Shown here: piece after piece, positions 1-9,705 of the stretch | How positions within the stretch are numbered: position 1 is the stretch's first letter | Layout: each line of letters starts with the position of its first letter | Assembly: GCA_041937185.1 (NCBI GenBank) | Contig: CP166621.1 | Span: forward strand, 2,260,571 to 2,324,570 | Source: Leptolyngbya sp. BL-A-14 | GTDB taxonomy: Bacteria > Cyanobacteriota > Cyanobacteriia > Leptolyngbyales > Leptolyngbyaceae | Direction of reading: 5' to 3' | DNA: 64,000 nt | Notes under the pieces: generated by a model | Seen by the model: only the letters and a program-made list of their open reading frames with translations | What the model was told of the DNA's origin: nothing | Database searches by the model: none | Translations under genes and position numbers: made by a program

Positions 1-1699
1 GGCATCCGCATGGTGTCTCGCTCAACGACAAAAATGTAGTCGGGCAACGTATTAATAAACGTCATGAGTTCAGCGGTACGCTGCTCGACCAGTGCTTCCA
101 GTTCAAGGTTTTGTTGTTCTAAGGTTTGATTGAGCGCTTGGATTTGTTGTTCTGCCTGCTTACGATCGGTAATATCAAGCACAACTCCAATCATCCGCGT
201 GACCTGACCCGCTTCGCTGTAAATGCCCCTGCCTCTGCCAATGATCCAGTGCAGGCTGCCGTCGGGATGCAAAACGCGGTATTCGGCTTCAAAGTTCGTC
301 CTGGTTGCCAATGCTTGATTGACGGCCTGTTCTACTCGGTCGATATCGTCAGGATGCACGCGATCGCGCCATGCCTGATAGCTGGCTTGCACTTCACCCG
401 GCACAAATCCCAGCAGGCGAGCGTGATTGTCGTTCCAGATCACTTGATTTGTCGGCACACGCCAATCCCAGCTACCAATGTGGGTAAAGTCCAGAGCTAG
501 CTTAAAAAACTCCTCATTTTCGCGTAAGGCAACTTCAGTCTGTTGGCGATCGGTGAGCAATGCAAGGTAGTTTGCCAGACTTGTTAGCCACTGCAAAAAT
601 TCTGGCTTTGTTTCTACGGCATCGGGATGCGCCAAACTCAGGGTGCCGATCGTCCTGCCGTTTACGATCATGGGAATGCAAACAAAGGTTCTTAGCCCCA
701 ATTGGCTGAGCGCTTCATTGGTGTCGCATTTCTTCGGTTCCGATGCATCGTAGGTTTTAACCAGCATTTGCCCCGTTTGAGCAACCATGCCAGAAGATGT
801 TTGGCTGACTGGTACTTCAATGGGCTTTCCATCTAAGGGCAACGGAATGCCTTCGGTGCCTTCAAACACCATCATCTGGCGAGCCGAATCGTAACGCTCA
901 ATCGCCACAATTGGGAAAGCGGTCGCTGCGCTAATTTCCTTCACAATGACTTGAAAAGCAACGCTGAGTGATTGCTGATTGAGAATGATTTCCGAAAGCT
1001 GATGGAGCAATGCCAATTCTCGGTTACGCACGCGCAGCACGGCTTCAGAGCGTTTGCGATCGGTCACATCGACCCCAATACCCCAAGACTGCCAACCGGG
1101 AATTGGAAGGCGATCGGCAATATTTGACCACGCCACGGTTTTCACGCTGCCATCACGGCACGTTATCTCCCATTCCCAATCGCGATAGTCATTGCCTCGA
1201 TCGGCCCATTGCTCAAGCATCTGCTGACGATATGTCGTATCGGGATAGAGCAACGTCATCGCTTGAGGATTCCCAATTATTTCTGCGGCGCTAAAGCCTG
1301 TTACCCTCTCGCACTCATGGTTCCAGACAATCATTTTGTTTTGCTCGTCGAAGGCACCCAGCATGACAGGCATGTTTTGTAGAATCTGCTGCAAGCGGTC
1401 TTCACTGCGTTCGAGCTTTGTCTGGGTTTGCTGTATGGTGCGGAGCGATCGCCACAGAACCCAGTAGAGCAGGCAGGCCGTGGTCGTGGTAAACAGTAAG
1501 CCCTTAATGCTTTGCAGTCGAGTGAGGACGACTGGATCATTGATGAATGCAGCTATTAGACGATCGGACAAAAGAATCCATAGAACGGCTACCAAAAAGT
1601 AGGCTCCAGCCGTTGTAAGCGGTAGCCATCGAAGCGAGCGTTGACCTCGTGGTCCTTTCAAGCGGTAACGGAGAGACTTAATGCTTTCATCGTGCATGG
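1..1699 (-). CDS. PAS-GAF-PAS signal-transduction sensor, probably a sensor histidine kinase. N-terminal start at 1699; the C-terminus runs off the window start
   Basis: Manual translation of the minus strand from the ATG at 1697-1699 gives an uninterrupted frame to position 1 (MHDESIKSLRYRLKG...LPDYIFVVERDTMRM). It is missing from the ORF track because its stop lies outside the window. It has an N-terminal transmembrane segment, a PAS domain (MLGAFDEQNKMIVWNHECERVTGF), a GAF-like region, a second PAS (IGSWDWRVPTNQVIWNDNHARLLGF...VHPDD) and a coiled-coil linker. Confidence 0.7.
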
Positions 1700-1789
1700 A
1701 ACGGTGCCAAATGCATGAGCCAATATCCGTATTATGCGGATTAGACTACTGATCTTGTCTCTTTTCGCCCGCTTGAAGAATAAAGTTTT

Positions 1790-1945
1790 GCGTTGATGGG
1801 AGGGAGGCAGGCGAGGCAGGGGAGGCAGGGGAGGCAGGGAGAGCAGAGGAGGCGGGGGGAGCAGGGGAGGCAGAGGAGGCGGGGGGAGCAGAGGAGGCGG
1901 GGGGAGCAGAGGAGGTGGGGGGAGCAGAGGGAATCATTAAACCCA
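1790..1945. repeat. G-rich tandem repeat array of 9-10 nt units (GCAGGGGAG / GCGGGGGGA / GCAGAGGAG), upstream of the sensor gene
   Basis: Directly visible tandem repetition. It lies in the 5' region of the minus-strand sensor gene. The two listed ORFs on opposite strands here (1741..1953 and 1746..1955) are repeat artefacts. Confidence 0.8.
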
Positions 1946-2018
1946 CACCCCACACCCTACACCCGTTGAAGCCTGATGCCTGACTTCCTACGTTCTAGCG
2001 ACGTCTGGTTTCTGCCCT

Positions 2019-3302
2019 CTAATTCTGATTCCGTGTCTGCCTTGCCAGTTCTAATAGCTGCCCCCAGCGTTTTTGCAGTTGTTTGGGTGTCCACTTCAAT
2101 TGCCGGACAATGTCTTGATCCGTTGTCTGTGCCTGCTTTAGCGAGAGCAATTGTTGCTGTTCGGGAGAGAGTTGGCTGAGAAAGCGTTGCCAGTGTTGGG
2201 TTGATAGCCCCAGGTTTTGATCAACATCGGCACCTAGCCACTGGTGAACGAGCTTCCAGTTTTGGGATAAGGTAAATTTCTCGACGTGGTATTTAAAGCG
2301 TTGTTGCAGGTAGTCACGTTCGCGAGCCGACAACCCCAGCACATCATCAATTTCAGGTGCAGACAGATCTTGTAGCTTGAGGGTCAGGTAGTTGACGCAA
2401 TCGGTTTGACCCTGTGCTTCGAGATATTGAATGAGTTCAGCAATGACCCGATCGCGCAACACAGCTTCTGAAGGTGTATCGATCGCGTCGGCTACCATGC
2501 GTTCGCGCAACTGATGAGCTAGGGGAGAGCGATTGCTGGCCTCGGCTTCTTCGCCTTTTGGTGACTCTAACGCCTGCTCAATGTCGATCGCCACTTCCAG
2601 TGGTTGTCGTTGCCCAAACCGCTGGGCACGCAGCACAACTAATTGTTGGCTATGTCCATTGGGCAAAGAAATGCGACGCTTGGCGTACTGTTCGGTAAAC
2701 GCCATGTATTCAGCTAGCTCTAACCGTGTGCGAGGCTGATAATCTTCTGGTTGTTCGTTTTCGCGTCGAAAAGCCTTTAACGACTCGGTATAGAAGCCCT
2801 GGAGAAAATCTTCGACCAGGCTGTAGCGCGCTTGAAAGCCGAGCTGCATACGGCTAGGGGCGATGTGACGGTAAACCATGGAACCTAGCGTGCTGTGCAG
2901 TTCCACTCGTCCCCGGCGAGAGCCAAGCTGGTAATAGTTCAGGCACTTTTGCAATCGATGACGCGCAAGGGAGAGTTGCCACGATCGCACTCGTCCAGAC
3001 GTTTGAATCCGTCCGCTTTTGTGACAGATGCGATCAACTTCAGTGGCAATCCGACTGGCAAGCCGCTCAATGTTATCGCTTTGTGTACTGACTTCAGCAC
3101 GGAGTTCTCGTATCAGGATTTGTGTCAGTGCTGAGATATCCAAAAAATCAGCTGTGTTCTTGGCAGTGGTCAGCATAGGGTCATGATTGAGGCCATCCTG
3201 AAGGTCAGAATGCTGCTCAGTAGTAGCAGCAACGGCATCTGTGGGGGCTACGTTTGCCGAGGCTGCCGCTGGGGGGCGGGGAGAAGTTGAGTCGAAGTTC
3301 AT
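2019..3302 (-). CDS. Hypothetical DNA-binding protein with C-terminal HTH segments resembling sigma-70 region 4; possibly a HetZ-like cyanobacterial regulator (unverified)
   Basis: 427-aa ORF. The C-terminal LSAPEIDDVLGLSARERDYLQQRFKYHVEK and LSPEQQQLLSLKQAQ...IVRQLKWTPKQLQKRW segments resemble sigma-70 region-4 HTH motifs. No sigma region 2 was recognised. Confidence 0.35.
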   Translation of the reverse strand: MNFDSTSPRPPAAASANVAPTDAVAATTEQHSDLQDGLNHDPMLTTAKNTADFLDISALTQILIRELRAEVSTQSDNIERLASRIATEVDRICHKSGRIQTSGRVRSWQLSLARHRLQKCLNYYQLGSRRGRVELHSTLGSMVYRHIAPSRMQLGFQARYSLVEDFLQGFYTESLKAFRRENEQPEDYQPRTRLELAEYMAFTEQYAKRRISLPNGHSQQLVVLRAQRFGQRQPLEVAIDIEQALESPKGEEAEASNRSPLAHQLRERMVADAIDTPSEAVLRDRVIAELIQYLEAQGQTDCVNYLTLKLQDLSAPEIDDVLGLSARERDYLQQRFKYHVEKFTLSQNWKLVHQWLGADVDQNLGLSTQHWQRFLSQLSPEQQQLLSLKQAQTTDQDIVRQLKWTPKQLQKRWGQLLELARQTRNQN

Positions 3303-3348
3303 GGCGCTGGTAGTGCACAGGGGCGAGAACGGTAGATCAGACGAACGA

Positions 3349-3432
3349 AAAGTTTTGAGTTTTGAGCAGCGCTAGCCTCCGAAGGAGGCACTTTGTAAAT
3401 GCGCCGACAAGCTAGAGAGTTTTGAGTTGATC
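3349..3432 (+). repeat. Dispersed ~70-bp element, copy A (core ...CTAGCCTCCGAAGGAGGCACTTTGTAAATGCGCCGACAAGCTAGAGAG...), flanked by GAGTTTT heptamers
   Basis: Matches copies at 20627..20780 and 40731..40800 (reverse orientation). The hairpin CCTCC-GAA-GGAGG here corresponds to GCTCC-GAA-GGAGC in the other copies, a compensatory change. Confidence 0.7.
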
Positions 3433-3701
3433 AATACTCAAGCCTTAAAATTCATCCCTTCTCATTCAGCACTTCCATCTACACATAGAAAATGAGCCGC
3501 TACGGGTCGGGTCGGGTTAGGATATGTCACTTTCTCAGGTGGTTAACCAAAGGCGTGGATCTTGTCCTGCAAGTAACGTGCCATTGACCGTTCCTGATTT
3601 AGCCTACACCCAACGGTGGGTATTGGTTAGTCTGCTGTGATCGTCCACTTAAAAACCTCATCATCGCCCAGTGCCCTCAGTGGACAGTTCAACCCATTGG
3701 T

Positions 3702-4364
3702 TTAAACTGACTCCACTGCCCATGCCGCTGCTGCTTCCCATCCTAGACCACGCCGAACGATGATCGGTTCCTCAGTCGTCAGATCCAAAATGGTTGACAC
3801 TTGATAGCCAGGTTCAGTGTCGCTATCGATGATGACATCAACCAGTTTCTCCAAACTGTCAAACAGTTCAAAGCGCGAGATCTCGGAGGCTGCTTTGGCA
3901 TTACCGTTCGGTAAATCGTCCAGCAAGTGAGCGGAGGTCGAAATAATGGGATTACCCAAGGCATTCGTTAACGCGAGGCAAAGCGTATGGTCAGGCACTC
4001 GAATCCCTGTTGCTTTACGTTTGGGATTCATGACCAATTTAGGCACCAGCTTGGTTGTTGGTAACAGAAATGTATAGGGGCCTGGAATCAACCGTCGCAT
4101 AATACGATAGGCCGAATCACTCACGACGGCATACTGGGCAATGTCAGAAAGCGATGGGCAAAGAAAGGTCAGAGGCTTGTCATTAGAAAGCTGCTTGATC
4201 TGCCGCACCCGTTGGATGGCGCTCTTAGAATTGAGATCACAGCCGATCGCGTAAACCGTATCGGTTGGATAAAGCATGACAGCTCCATCCCGCAGAGCCG
4301 CGACAATTTGGTCGAGACTTCGCGTTTGTGGATTATCAGGATGCAGTGTAAACAGGGTAGACAT
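3702..4364 (-). CDS. tsaC: L-threonylcarbamoyladenylate synthase, YrdC/Sua5 family
   Basis: 220 aa with a YrdC-domain pattern (LYPTDTVYAIGCD, IQRVRQIKQL..KPLTFL, GIRVPDH, ISTSAHL). Confidence 0.85.
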   Translation of the reverse strand: MSTLFTLHPDNPQTRSLDQIVAALRDGAVMLYPTDTVYAIGCDLNSKSAIQRVRQIKQLSNDKPLTFLCPSLSDIAQYAVVSDSAYRIMRRLIPGPYTFLLPTTKLVPKLVMNPKRKATGIRVPDHTLCLALTNALGNPIISTSAHLLDDLPNGNAKAASEISRFELFDSLEKLVDVIIDSDTEPGYQVSTILDLTTEEPIIVRRGLGWEAAAAWAVESV

Positions 4365-4394
4365 GGAGGGGATGAGGGATGGGGAAGGGGGGAT

Positions 4395-4500
4395 AAAAGA
4401 TAAAGGCTGAAGGATAAAGGCTGACTTCTGGCTTCTGGCTTCTGGCTTCTGACTTCTGACTTCTGGCTGCTAACTTCTGAATGACTAACCACTGACTTCT
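4395..4500. repeat. STRR-like heptamer array (CTTCTGG/CTTCTGA units), intergenic
   Basis: Visible tandem 7-mers: gcttctggcttctggcttctgacttctgacttctgg... Confidence 0.85.
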
Positions 4501-4506
4501 GAATCA

Positions 4507-6087
4507 ATGACTAAAATTGCCTATTTGGACTGTCCGACGGGTATTGCAGGCGATATGTGCCTGGGGGCGCTGGTGGATGCAGGCGTCCCACTGGAGTATT
4601 TGATCGACAAACTTAGCCAGCTTGGCATTGATCACGAGTACCAGCTATGGGCAGAGCGGGTGCTTCGTAATGGTCAGCAAGCGACAAAAGTGCATGTGGA
4701 TTTACTCTTAGATACAGCAGCAGATGCCGTGATACGCAATGAAACTGACGCGATCGCCAATCCTAAACCAGCGCATCACGTCAGTCATCACCCCTCCCAT
4801 TCTGCTACAGAAGCGGTTGTGACGACAGAAACTGGTAAACCCCAGACGGATTCATCTAGCCATACCCATCGTCACAGCCATAGCCACACGCATGACCATA
4901 GCCACACTGACGCACCTACTCACCATACGCATCATGCATTGGTGCGTCACCTTCCTGAAGTAGAGCGCTTGATTTTTAACGCCAAGTTGCCGACACGAGC
5001 CGAAACCTGGAGTTTAGCCGTCTTTCGCAAACTGGCAGAGGCAGAAGGTGCTATTCATGGTGTGCCGCCGGAACAGGTTCATTTTCATGAAGTGGGGGCT
5101 ACCGATGCGATCGTCGACATCGTAGGCACCTGCCTGGGGTTAGATTGGCTGGGCATCGATCGCCTCTACTGTTCGCCTTTACCGGTAGGCGGTGGCACCG
5201 TGCGGGCGGCCCATGGACGCCTGCCTGTCCCTGCGCCAGCCGTGCTGAAGCTGTTTGAGCTACGCCAGATACCTATCTACAGCAATGGCATCGATCGCGA
5301 AATGGTTACTCCAACAGGAGCCGCACTGGCTACAACGTTAGCGACTCAGTTTAGCGCACCACCACCCATGACCTTGCTTCGTGTTGGCTTAGGGGCTGGG
5401 TCAATGAATCTGTCATTGCCAAACATATTGCGGCTGTGGGTCGGGGAGATGGGCAGAGGGCAGGAGGCAGAAGGCAGGAGGCAGAAGTTGCAGGGGGAGC
5501 AGGGGCAGCGAGGGGAGCAGAGAACCACTGTCCCCCATCCCCCATCCCCCATCCCCCATCCCCCAAACTCCATCCTCCACACCCCATCTCCCCACTCCCC
5601 ACTCCCCACTCCCCACTCCCTCCAACCGATCGCCCTACTGGAAACCCAAATCGACGACCTCAACCCACAGGCGATCGGCTACGTGTATGAGGCGCTCTTT
5701 GCAGTGGGTGCGTTGGATGTGTTTACACAGGCGATCGGGATGAAGAAATCACGGCCGGGAATGTTGCTGTCGGTGGTGTGTCACCCAAAGGATATGTCTG
5801 CTTGCGAAGCGGTGTTGTTTCGGGAGACGACCACACTGGGAATTCGGCGATCAATGCAGGAACGCAGCATCTTGCAACGTGAAATGCAGTCGGTGCAGAC
5901 GCCTTATGGGACGGTGCAGGTGAAGGTGGCATGGCTCGATCACAGTCAACCGCAGCCAACAAATGTGCAGCCTGAGTATGAAGACTGTGCGCGTATTGCC
6001 AGAGAGCATGATTTGCCCTGGCGATCGGTGCATCAACTGGCGTTACAGGCATGGCACGAAAGCGATGCTGCCAGGAGCCACGCCTAG
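4507..6087 (+). CDS. larC: Nickel-pincer cofactor biosynthesis protein LarC (DUF111), with a His-rich insert and an in-frame heptamer-repeat-derived insert
   Basis: The N-terminus [28 protein letters not shown] matches the LarC/DUF111 signature. It carries a His-rich stretch ([10 protein letters not shown]...[18 protein letters not shown]...HHTHH). At 526 aa it is longer than typical LarC (~400-420 aa). Confidence 0.85.
   Translation: MTKIAYLDCPTGIAGDMCLGALVDAGVPLEYLIDKLSQLGIDHEYQLWAERVLRNGQQATKVHVDLLLDTAADAVIRNETDAIANPKPAHHVSHHPSHSATEAVVTTETGKPQTDSSSHTHRHSHSHTHDHSHTDAPTHHTHHALVRHLPEVERLIFNAKLPTRAETWSLAVFRKLAEAEGAIHGVPPEQVHFHEVGATDAIVDIVGTCLGLDWLGIDRLYCSPLPVGGGTVRAAHGRLPVPAPAVLKLFELRQIPIYSNGIDREMVTPTGAALATTLATQFSAPPPMTLLRVGLGAGSMNLSLPNILRLWVGEMGRGQEAEGRRQKLQGEQGQRGEQRTTVPHPPSPIPHPPNSILHTPSPHSPLPTPHSLQPIALLETQIDDLNPQAIGYVYEALFAVGALDVFTQAIGMKKSRPGMLLSVVCHPKDMSACEAVLFRETTTLGIRRSMQERSILQREMQSVQTPYGTVQVKVAWLDHSQPQPTNVQPEYEDCARIAREHDLPWRSVHQLALQAWHESDAARSHA
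5436..5640 (+). repeat. STRR heptamer arrays (GGCAGRR, CCCCCAT x4, CCCCACT x4) embedded in-frame within the larC coding sequence
   Basis: The sequence ggcagagggcaggaggcagaaggcagg...cccccatcccccatcccccatcccccatccc...ccccactccccactccccactccccactccc lies inside the larC ORF. It translates as [12 protein letters not shown]...[29 protein letters not shown]. Antisense ORFs 5346..5663, 5351..5602 and 5413..5625 are repeat artefacts. Confidence 0.85.
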
Positions 6088-6100
6088 AAAAGAGTCGTGT

Positions 6101-6778
6101 CTAAAACTCGTCGGCAGCACCTGGCTGATTGAGGAAATCTTCCGCACTGCTTTTAGCGGGCAGGGCAGGGCTCTTTTGCTCGTCTGTTTGAGCCGCTATG
6201 GTGGGATTCACTGCTCCAGAAATGATGCGCTGCCAGTTGATGTTATTCTCTGGATCGATCCGAACGACAATGACATCCGGCTTACTGGGCTTCACCGACA
6301 CAGTTTTCAGTGCGGCTTTCTTTTGATCGATCGCTTGCGGTGGTTTTGGTGCTGGCTGCTTAACCTCAACGGCACATACAAAGGTCTCACCCGGCCTAAC
6401 GGCTTTGTAGGTGCCACCACAGTGAATCAGAGGACGAGAACCAATCTCACTCTCTACCGATTGCTGCACGATCGTTTCAAGCTTTGCCACGTTCAGTAAC
6501 CCCTTTGCATTGGGCACATCCCACACGAGGTTGCCTTGATCGTCCTGTTGCTTGACGGGAATGATGAAGGTGTAGCTTGTATCTGTCTCGCCAATGCACT
6601 CAAAAGATTGCCCTGCTTCTGGCTTGATGTTTCTAGGACAGGTCACAGTCTTTAACGAAATACCGCCCTGCTTAATGACACTTTGCTGAATCGATTGAGC
6701 CACACTATAGCCATCCAGCGTTTTGCTACACGCTGTCAGCAGAAACAAGCCAAAGGTCAGCAGCACACAACGTTTCAC
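6101..6778 (-). CDS. Lipoprotein with two DUF4333-like repeats
   Basis: Signal peptide with a lipobox (LLTACS). There are two similar about 70-aa modules, each with paired Cys (TCPRN...FECIGE and IHCGG...FVCAVE). Confidence 0.5.
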   Translation of the reverse strand: MKRCVLLTFGLFLLTACSKTLDGYSVAQSIQQSVIKQGGISLKTVTCPRNIKPEAGQSFECIGETDTSYTFIIPVKQQDDQGNLVWDVPNAKGLLNVAKLETIVQQSVESEIGSRPLIHCGGTYKAVRPGETFVCAVEVKQPAPKPPQAIDQKKAALKTVSVKPSKPDVIVVRIDPENNINWQRIISGAVNPTIAAQTDEQKSPALPAKSSAEDFLNQPGAADEF

Positions 6779-6844
6779 GACTCACTGCCCTCACAGATAC
6801 CCAAATTACAGTACCGATCTTGGGTAAAGGCTGCGTTAAGCAAT

Positions 6845-6895
6845 ATCGCAAAAGGCAGGAGGCAGAGGGCAGAAGGCAGAAGGCAAAACCCAATC
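6845..6895. repeat. STRR-like GGCAGAR heptamer array
   Basis: ggcaggaggcagagggcagaaggcagaaggc. Confidence 0.8.
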
Positions 6896-6992
6896 AATCA
6901 GAGCTTTAATCGGGACGGTGTGTCCTAGCTAATCTATGTTCGGCTAGAAGCTAATCTATGTTCGGCTAGAAGTAGTTGACAGAAGACGATCG

Positions 6993-8999
6993 CTACCAGG
7001 AAACGCCGATCGCTGCTAAGACGGTCTTAATGCCTGCGGTAATGGTAGGCAAGTACTTTTCTGCAAACTCCATCAGTCCATTACCCCGCTTGATAATGGT
7101 GGGCAAGGCATCTAGCGCATCGCCTGCTTTCTCCAAAAGGTCAGCGTTTTTTGGGTCATTGCCTAACTTGGCGATCGCATCCACATGCTTCAGCGCTTTC
7201 TCTTTGTCTTTGGCATCTAAACCGGAGTCTGGTTTTTCGATCGCGCTTTTCAATTGCTTCAGCAAATCTGCCAACTTCAGTGCTTCGGGATCTTTGGTCG
7301 CCTCCAGTTTATCGAGGGTGAGGGTGAGAGTGCCGCTGATGTCGCCGCCTGCTGCACCTGTAATGTCTTTGCCTGCTACGCCGCTAATGTCGCCGCCTGC
7401 AATGCCGCTGACATCACCCTGAACGTTGCCAAACTGGATACTTTTGTCATTGTCTGCCATAAAATCACCTGTGAAATTTGCGTTGGGAGCGTTGAACGAG
7501 GGTCTACTGAAGCGATCGGTTTGATAATGGACAAAACTCTGCAAGAATACCGAGTGCTCTCGAAAAACAGTAAGTTGACCTTCAGCATAGGCTAACTTTT
7601 TCTGCGCCGCTTGCTCCGCTTCTCGTGCTGCCTTCAGTTGTTTCTGCGTTGCTTCGTAGTCTTGGGTAAACTGCTCATGCATGGGCTTTTTGTCAGCCGT
7701 TGGATTGGCGACATTTAGTTTGACCAATCGGTCTCCATCTCCCACATCCACTACTGAATGCAACGACAAACCTGCATCCTTGTATTCAGCTAACAAGTTT
7801 CGCAGTGCCACATCAAATGCCTGAGGTTCAATACCATTGCGAAAGAGAAAATCGAGTGTGTCTGTAAATTGATGCACAAGCTTCGCAAAATCTCCTGGTT
7901 CAAAAATACCACTGGCAGGTCTGCGTTCTTGCTTGTCTGGCTCTAAATAAATGTAGTCACAACAAACATCATCGAAACGAGTCGCGGCGTTGATGCTCCA
8001 GTTTTGAATGCACGCTCCCGTTAACACAGCGTTGGAAAAATCGGTGCCAGATGCTTGAATGCTGCGTAAATTTGCTCGTTCTAAATTGGCATATTTCAAT
8101 TTAGAACCACTTAAATCTGCTTCAGCCAGATTGGCCCCAGACAGTAACACTCCGCCTAAATAGAGATTTTTCAGGTTGGCATTGCGATAATTTTGATTAC
8201 AGCCATTACGGCTAGTGCAAAGTTGTCTAATTTGACGGCGATCAAAGGCATTAGGAAATTTACATCGAGTAAACGATGCGCCAGTCCAGTTGACAAAGCT
8301 GAGTGTTGCATTTGAAAAGTCAGCATTTTGAATATTGGCATGAGCAAAATTTGCATTGGTCAAATTTGCCCCCTCAAACAAGCTTCCGGGTTCACCATCA
8401 ATGGCTTTGATTAGTTCTTTGAGAGAAAAAATAGTAGGTCTAATGAGAAGAACTGAAAAACCACTGAAAACAATTCCTGCAACAATCGAGCTTTTGCCAA
8501 ACGAAGCGATTGCAGCATTAGCGGCGACGACACCAACAGCGGTAACAATAGCAACAGCAGCAGCAGCAACAATAGGACTGGCACTGGCAATAGTGCTAGC
8601 GACAGCAAAATCACCAGTGAGAGCCGCGATGACAACAGCAACAATAGCAGCGTAAGCAATATTGGTATCAGCGAAAGCGTAAGCGGCAACGACAGCGATA
8701 ACGAAAGTAATAATAACAACTAAAGCAATCACGAAATCGCCAGCTCCAACGATAACGAAAGCAAGAACAATAGCCGTGATGATAGCAACAGCAGTAGTGC
8801 CAGCAAGTGTAGTAATGAATTGCTTATGGCTTTGTCCAGTTCTGACTCTCTGGAAGTTTGCGCCTATTAGCGTGGTACTGCTAAAGTTGCAGCCTCGGAT
8901 GTCAGAGTTAGTAAAGTCTGCGTCTGTTAGATATTTGTCCTTGAACGATCGGTTTCGCAGGTCGCGGTTGCTATAGTCCAGTCGTGACTGTTGAGGCAT
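6993..8999 (-). CDS. Pentapeptide-repeat protein with a central multi-pass transmembrane region and a C-terminal coiled-coil/Gly-repeat region
   Basis: 668 aa. Runs of A(D/N)LxxAxLxxAxL-type pentapeptide repeats (ANLTNANFAHANIQNADFSNATLS...; ANLKNLYLGGVLLSGANLAEADLSGSKLKYANLERANL). A very hydrophobic Ala/Val/Ile segment spans residues ~60-190. Internal ORFs 8356..8655 and 8411..8719 are rejected. Confidence 0.8.
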   Translation of the reverse strand: MPQQSRLDYSNRDLRNRSFKDKYLTDADFTNSDIRGCNFSSTTLIGANFQRVRTGQSHKQFITTLAGTTAVAIITAIVLAFVIVGAGDFVIALVVIITFVIAVVAAYAFADTNIAYAAIVAVVIAALTGDFAVASTIASASPIVAAAAVAIVTAVGVVAANAAIASFGKSSIVAGIVFSGFSVLLIRPTIFSLKELIKAIDGEPGSLFEGANLTNANFAHANIQNADFSNATLSFVNWTGASFTRCKFPNAFDRRQIRQLCTSRNGCNQNYRNANLKNLYLGGVLLSGANLAEADLSGSKLKYANLERANLRSIQASGTDFSNAVLTGACIQNWSINAATRFDDVCCDYIYLEPDKQERRPASGIFEPGDFAKLVHQFTDTLDFLFRNGIEPQAFDVALRNLLAEYKDAGLSLHSVVDVGDGDRLVKLNVANPTADKKPMHEQFTQDYEATQKQLKAAREAEQAAQKKLAYAEGQLTVFREHSVFLQSFVHYQTDRFSRPSFNAPNANFTGDFMADNDKSIQFGNVQGDVSGIAGGDISGVAGKDITGAAGGDISGTLTLTLDKLEATKDPEALKLADLLKQLKSAIEKPDSGLDAKDKEKALKHVDAIAKLGNDPKNADLLEKAGDALDALPTIIKRGNGLMEFAEKYLPTITAGIKTVLAAIGVSW

Positions 9000-9019
9000 G
9001 GTAGAGATTTAGGCGAGCG

Positions 9020-9310
9020 TTGCGTCTATTATTGCTTTGTCAAAAAATTCTGTCATCATTGATGGTAATAGGGATGGAAGTAACTTACGCGAACTCGTTA
9101 GCTTTGCTCAAAGCGCATCTAGCGGACTATCAACCACAGCTAGAACGGGCGATCGCAGCACTCCACGTTCTGCAAACGGCTGATCCAACTGCTGAAACCT
9201 TCTCGGATGCGCTAGCTGAACTGCATGTTGCTGCTACGATTCTGGAGCCATATTCGCAGAGTATGGTAGAAGCCATTAATCAATACACAGAAGATTTGCC
9301 GGACGACTGA
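9020..9310 (+). CDS. Small hypothetical protein
   Basis: 96-aa ORF with no recognisable motif; the start is uncertain (an internal Met at MEVTYANSL). Confidence 0.3.
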   Translation: MRLLLLCQKILSSLMVIGMEVTYANSLALLKAHLADYQPQLERAIAALHVLQTADPTAETFSDALAELHVAATILEPYSQSMVEAINQYTEDLPDD

Positions 9311-9332
9311 TTGCAGCAATCGCTTGAAGTGT

Positions 9333-9510
9333 TGTCGCGCTCAACAATCGTTCTGCATCGCCTCACATTGCCATTGCGATCGTCCATAATCCTTTTGTAT
9401 TAACGCACAATCCTTCTGCATCGACTCACATTGCCATTGTTATGGGTCACCATGCGATTGCGATGTCTAACAATGCGTCTATATCGCGTCACATTGAGGC
9501 TGCATCACCT
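9333..9510. repeat. Degenerate direct-repeat array: three ~40-bp units (AATCGTTCTGCATCGCCTCACATTGCCATTG-like) spaced 61-65 bp apart
   Basis: R1 is at ~9342-9382, R2 at ~9403-9443 and a more diverged R3 at ~9468-9508. The array lies between convergent and divergent small genes. Confidence 0.6.
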
Positions 9511-9705
9511 GCAAAGCCTCGGATATTTGTGTCACCGCGCGATCGCCCACGCGAGAGGCTGAAATTGCCTGTGTACCGCAATATTTCATTTGCATAGTGC
9601 GTTTATGTTGCAACGTAATGCAGTTTTGTTCATCCTCTAGTGTTTCTCCTAAACTTAGGGTGGAGCTAGTAGATTTTTCGATGGCAACGTTGCTTTTTGA
9701 GATCA

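Noticed and set aside
126-500. Plus-strand ORF of 124 aa (and ORF 1010..1294)
   Set aside because: It lies antisense inside the long uninterrupted minus-strand PAS/GAF sensor frame. The sensor translation is clearly protein-like and these are not.
1741-1955. Two overlapping minus-strand ORFs with Pro/Ala/Ser or Cys/Leu repeats
   Set aside because: They are translations of the G-rich 9-nt tandem repeat, with periodic low-complexity output in every frame.
5346-5690. Several short ORFs on both strands (Gly/Trp-rich or Pro-rich)
   Set aside because: They are artefacts of the heptamer arrays embedded in larC. The larC frame is the one continuous with conserved flanking sequence.
8356-8719. ORFs of 99 aa (plus strand) and 102 aa (minus strand) inside the pentapeptide-repeat gene
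   Set aside because: They are low-complexity Ala-rich or Leu-rich translations of the hydrophobic segment's DNA and are nested in a 668-aa coherent ORF.
9333-9510. Possible CRISPR array
   Set aside because: The repeats are not identical (only ~75-85% similar), only about three units are present, the spacers are ~20 bp, and no cas genes are nearby.
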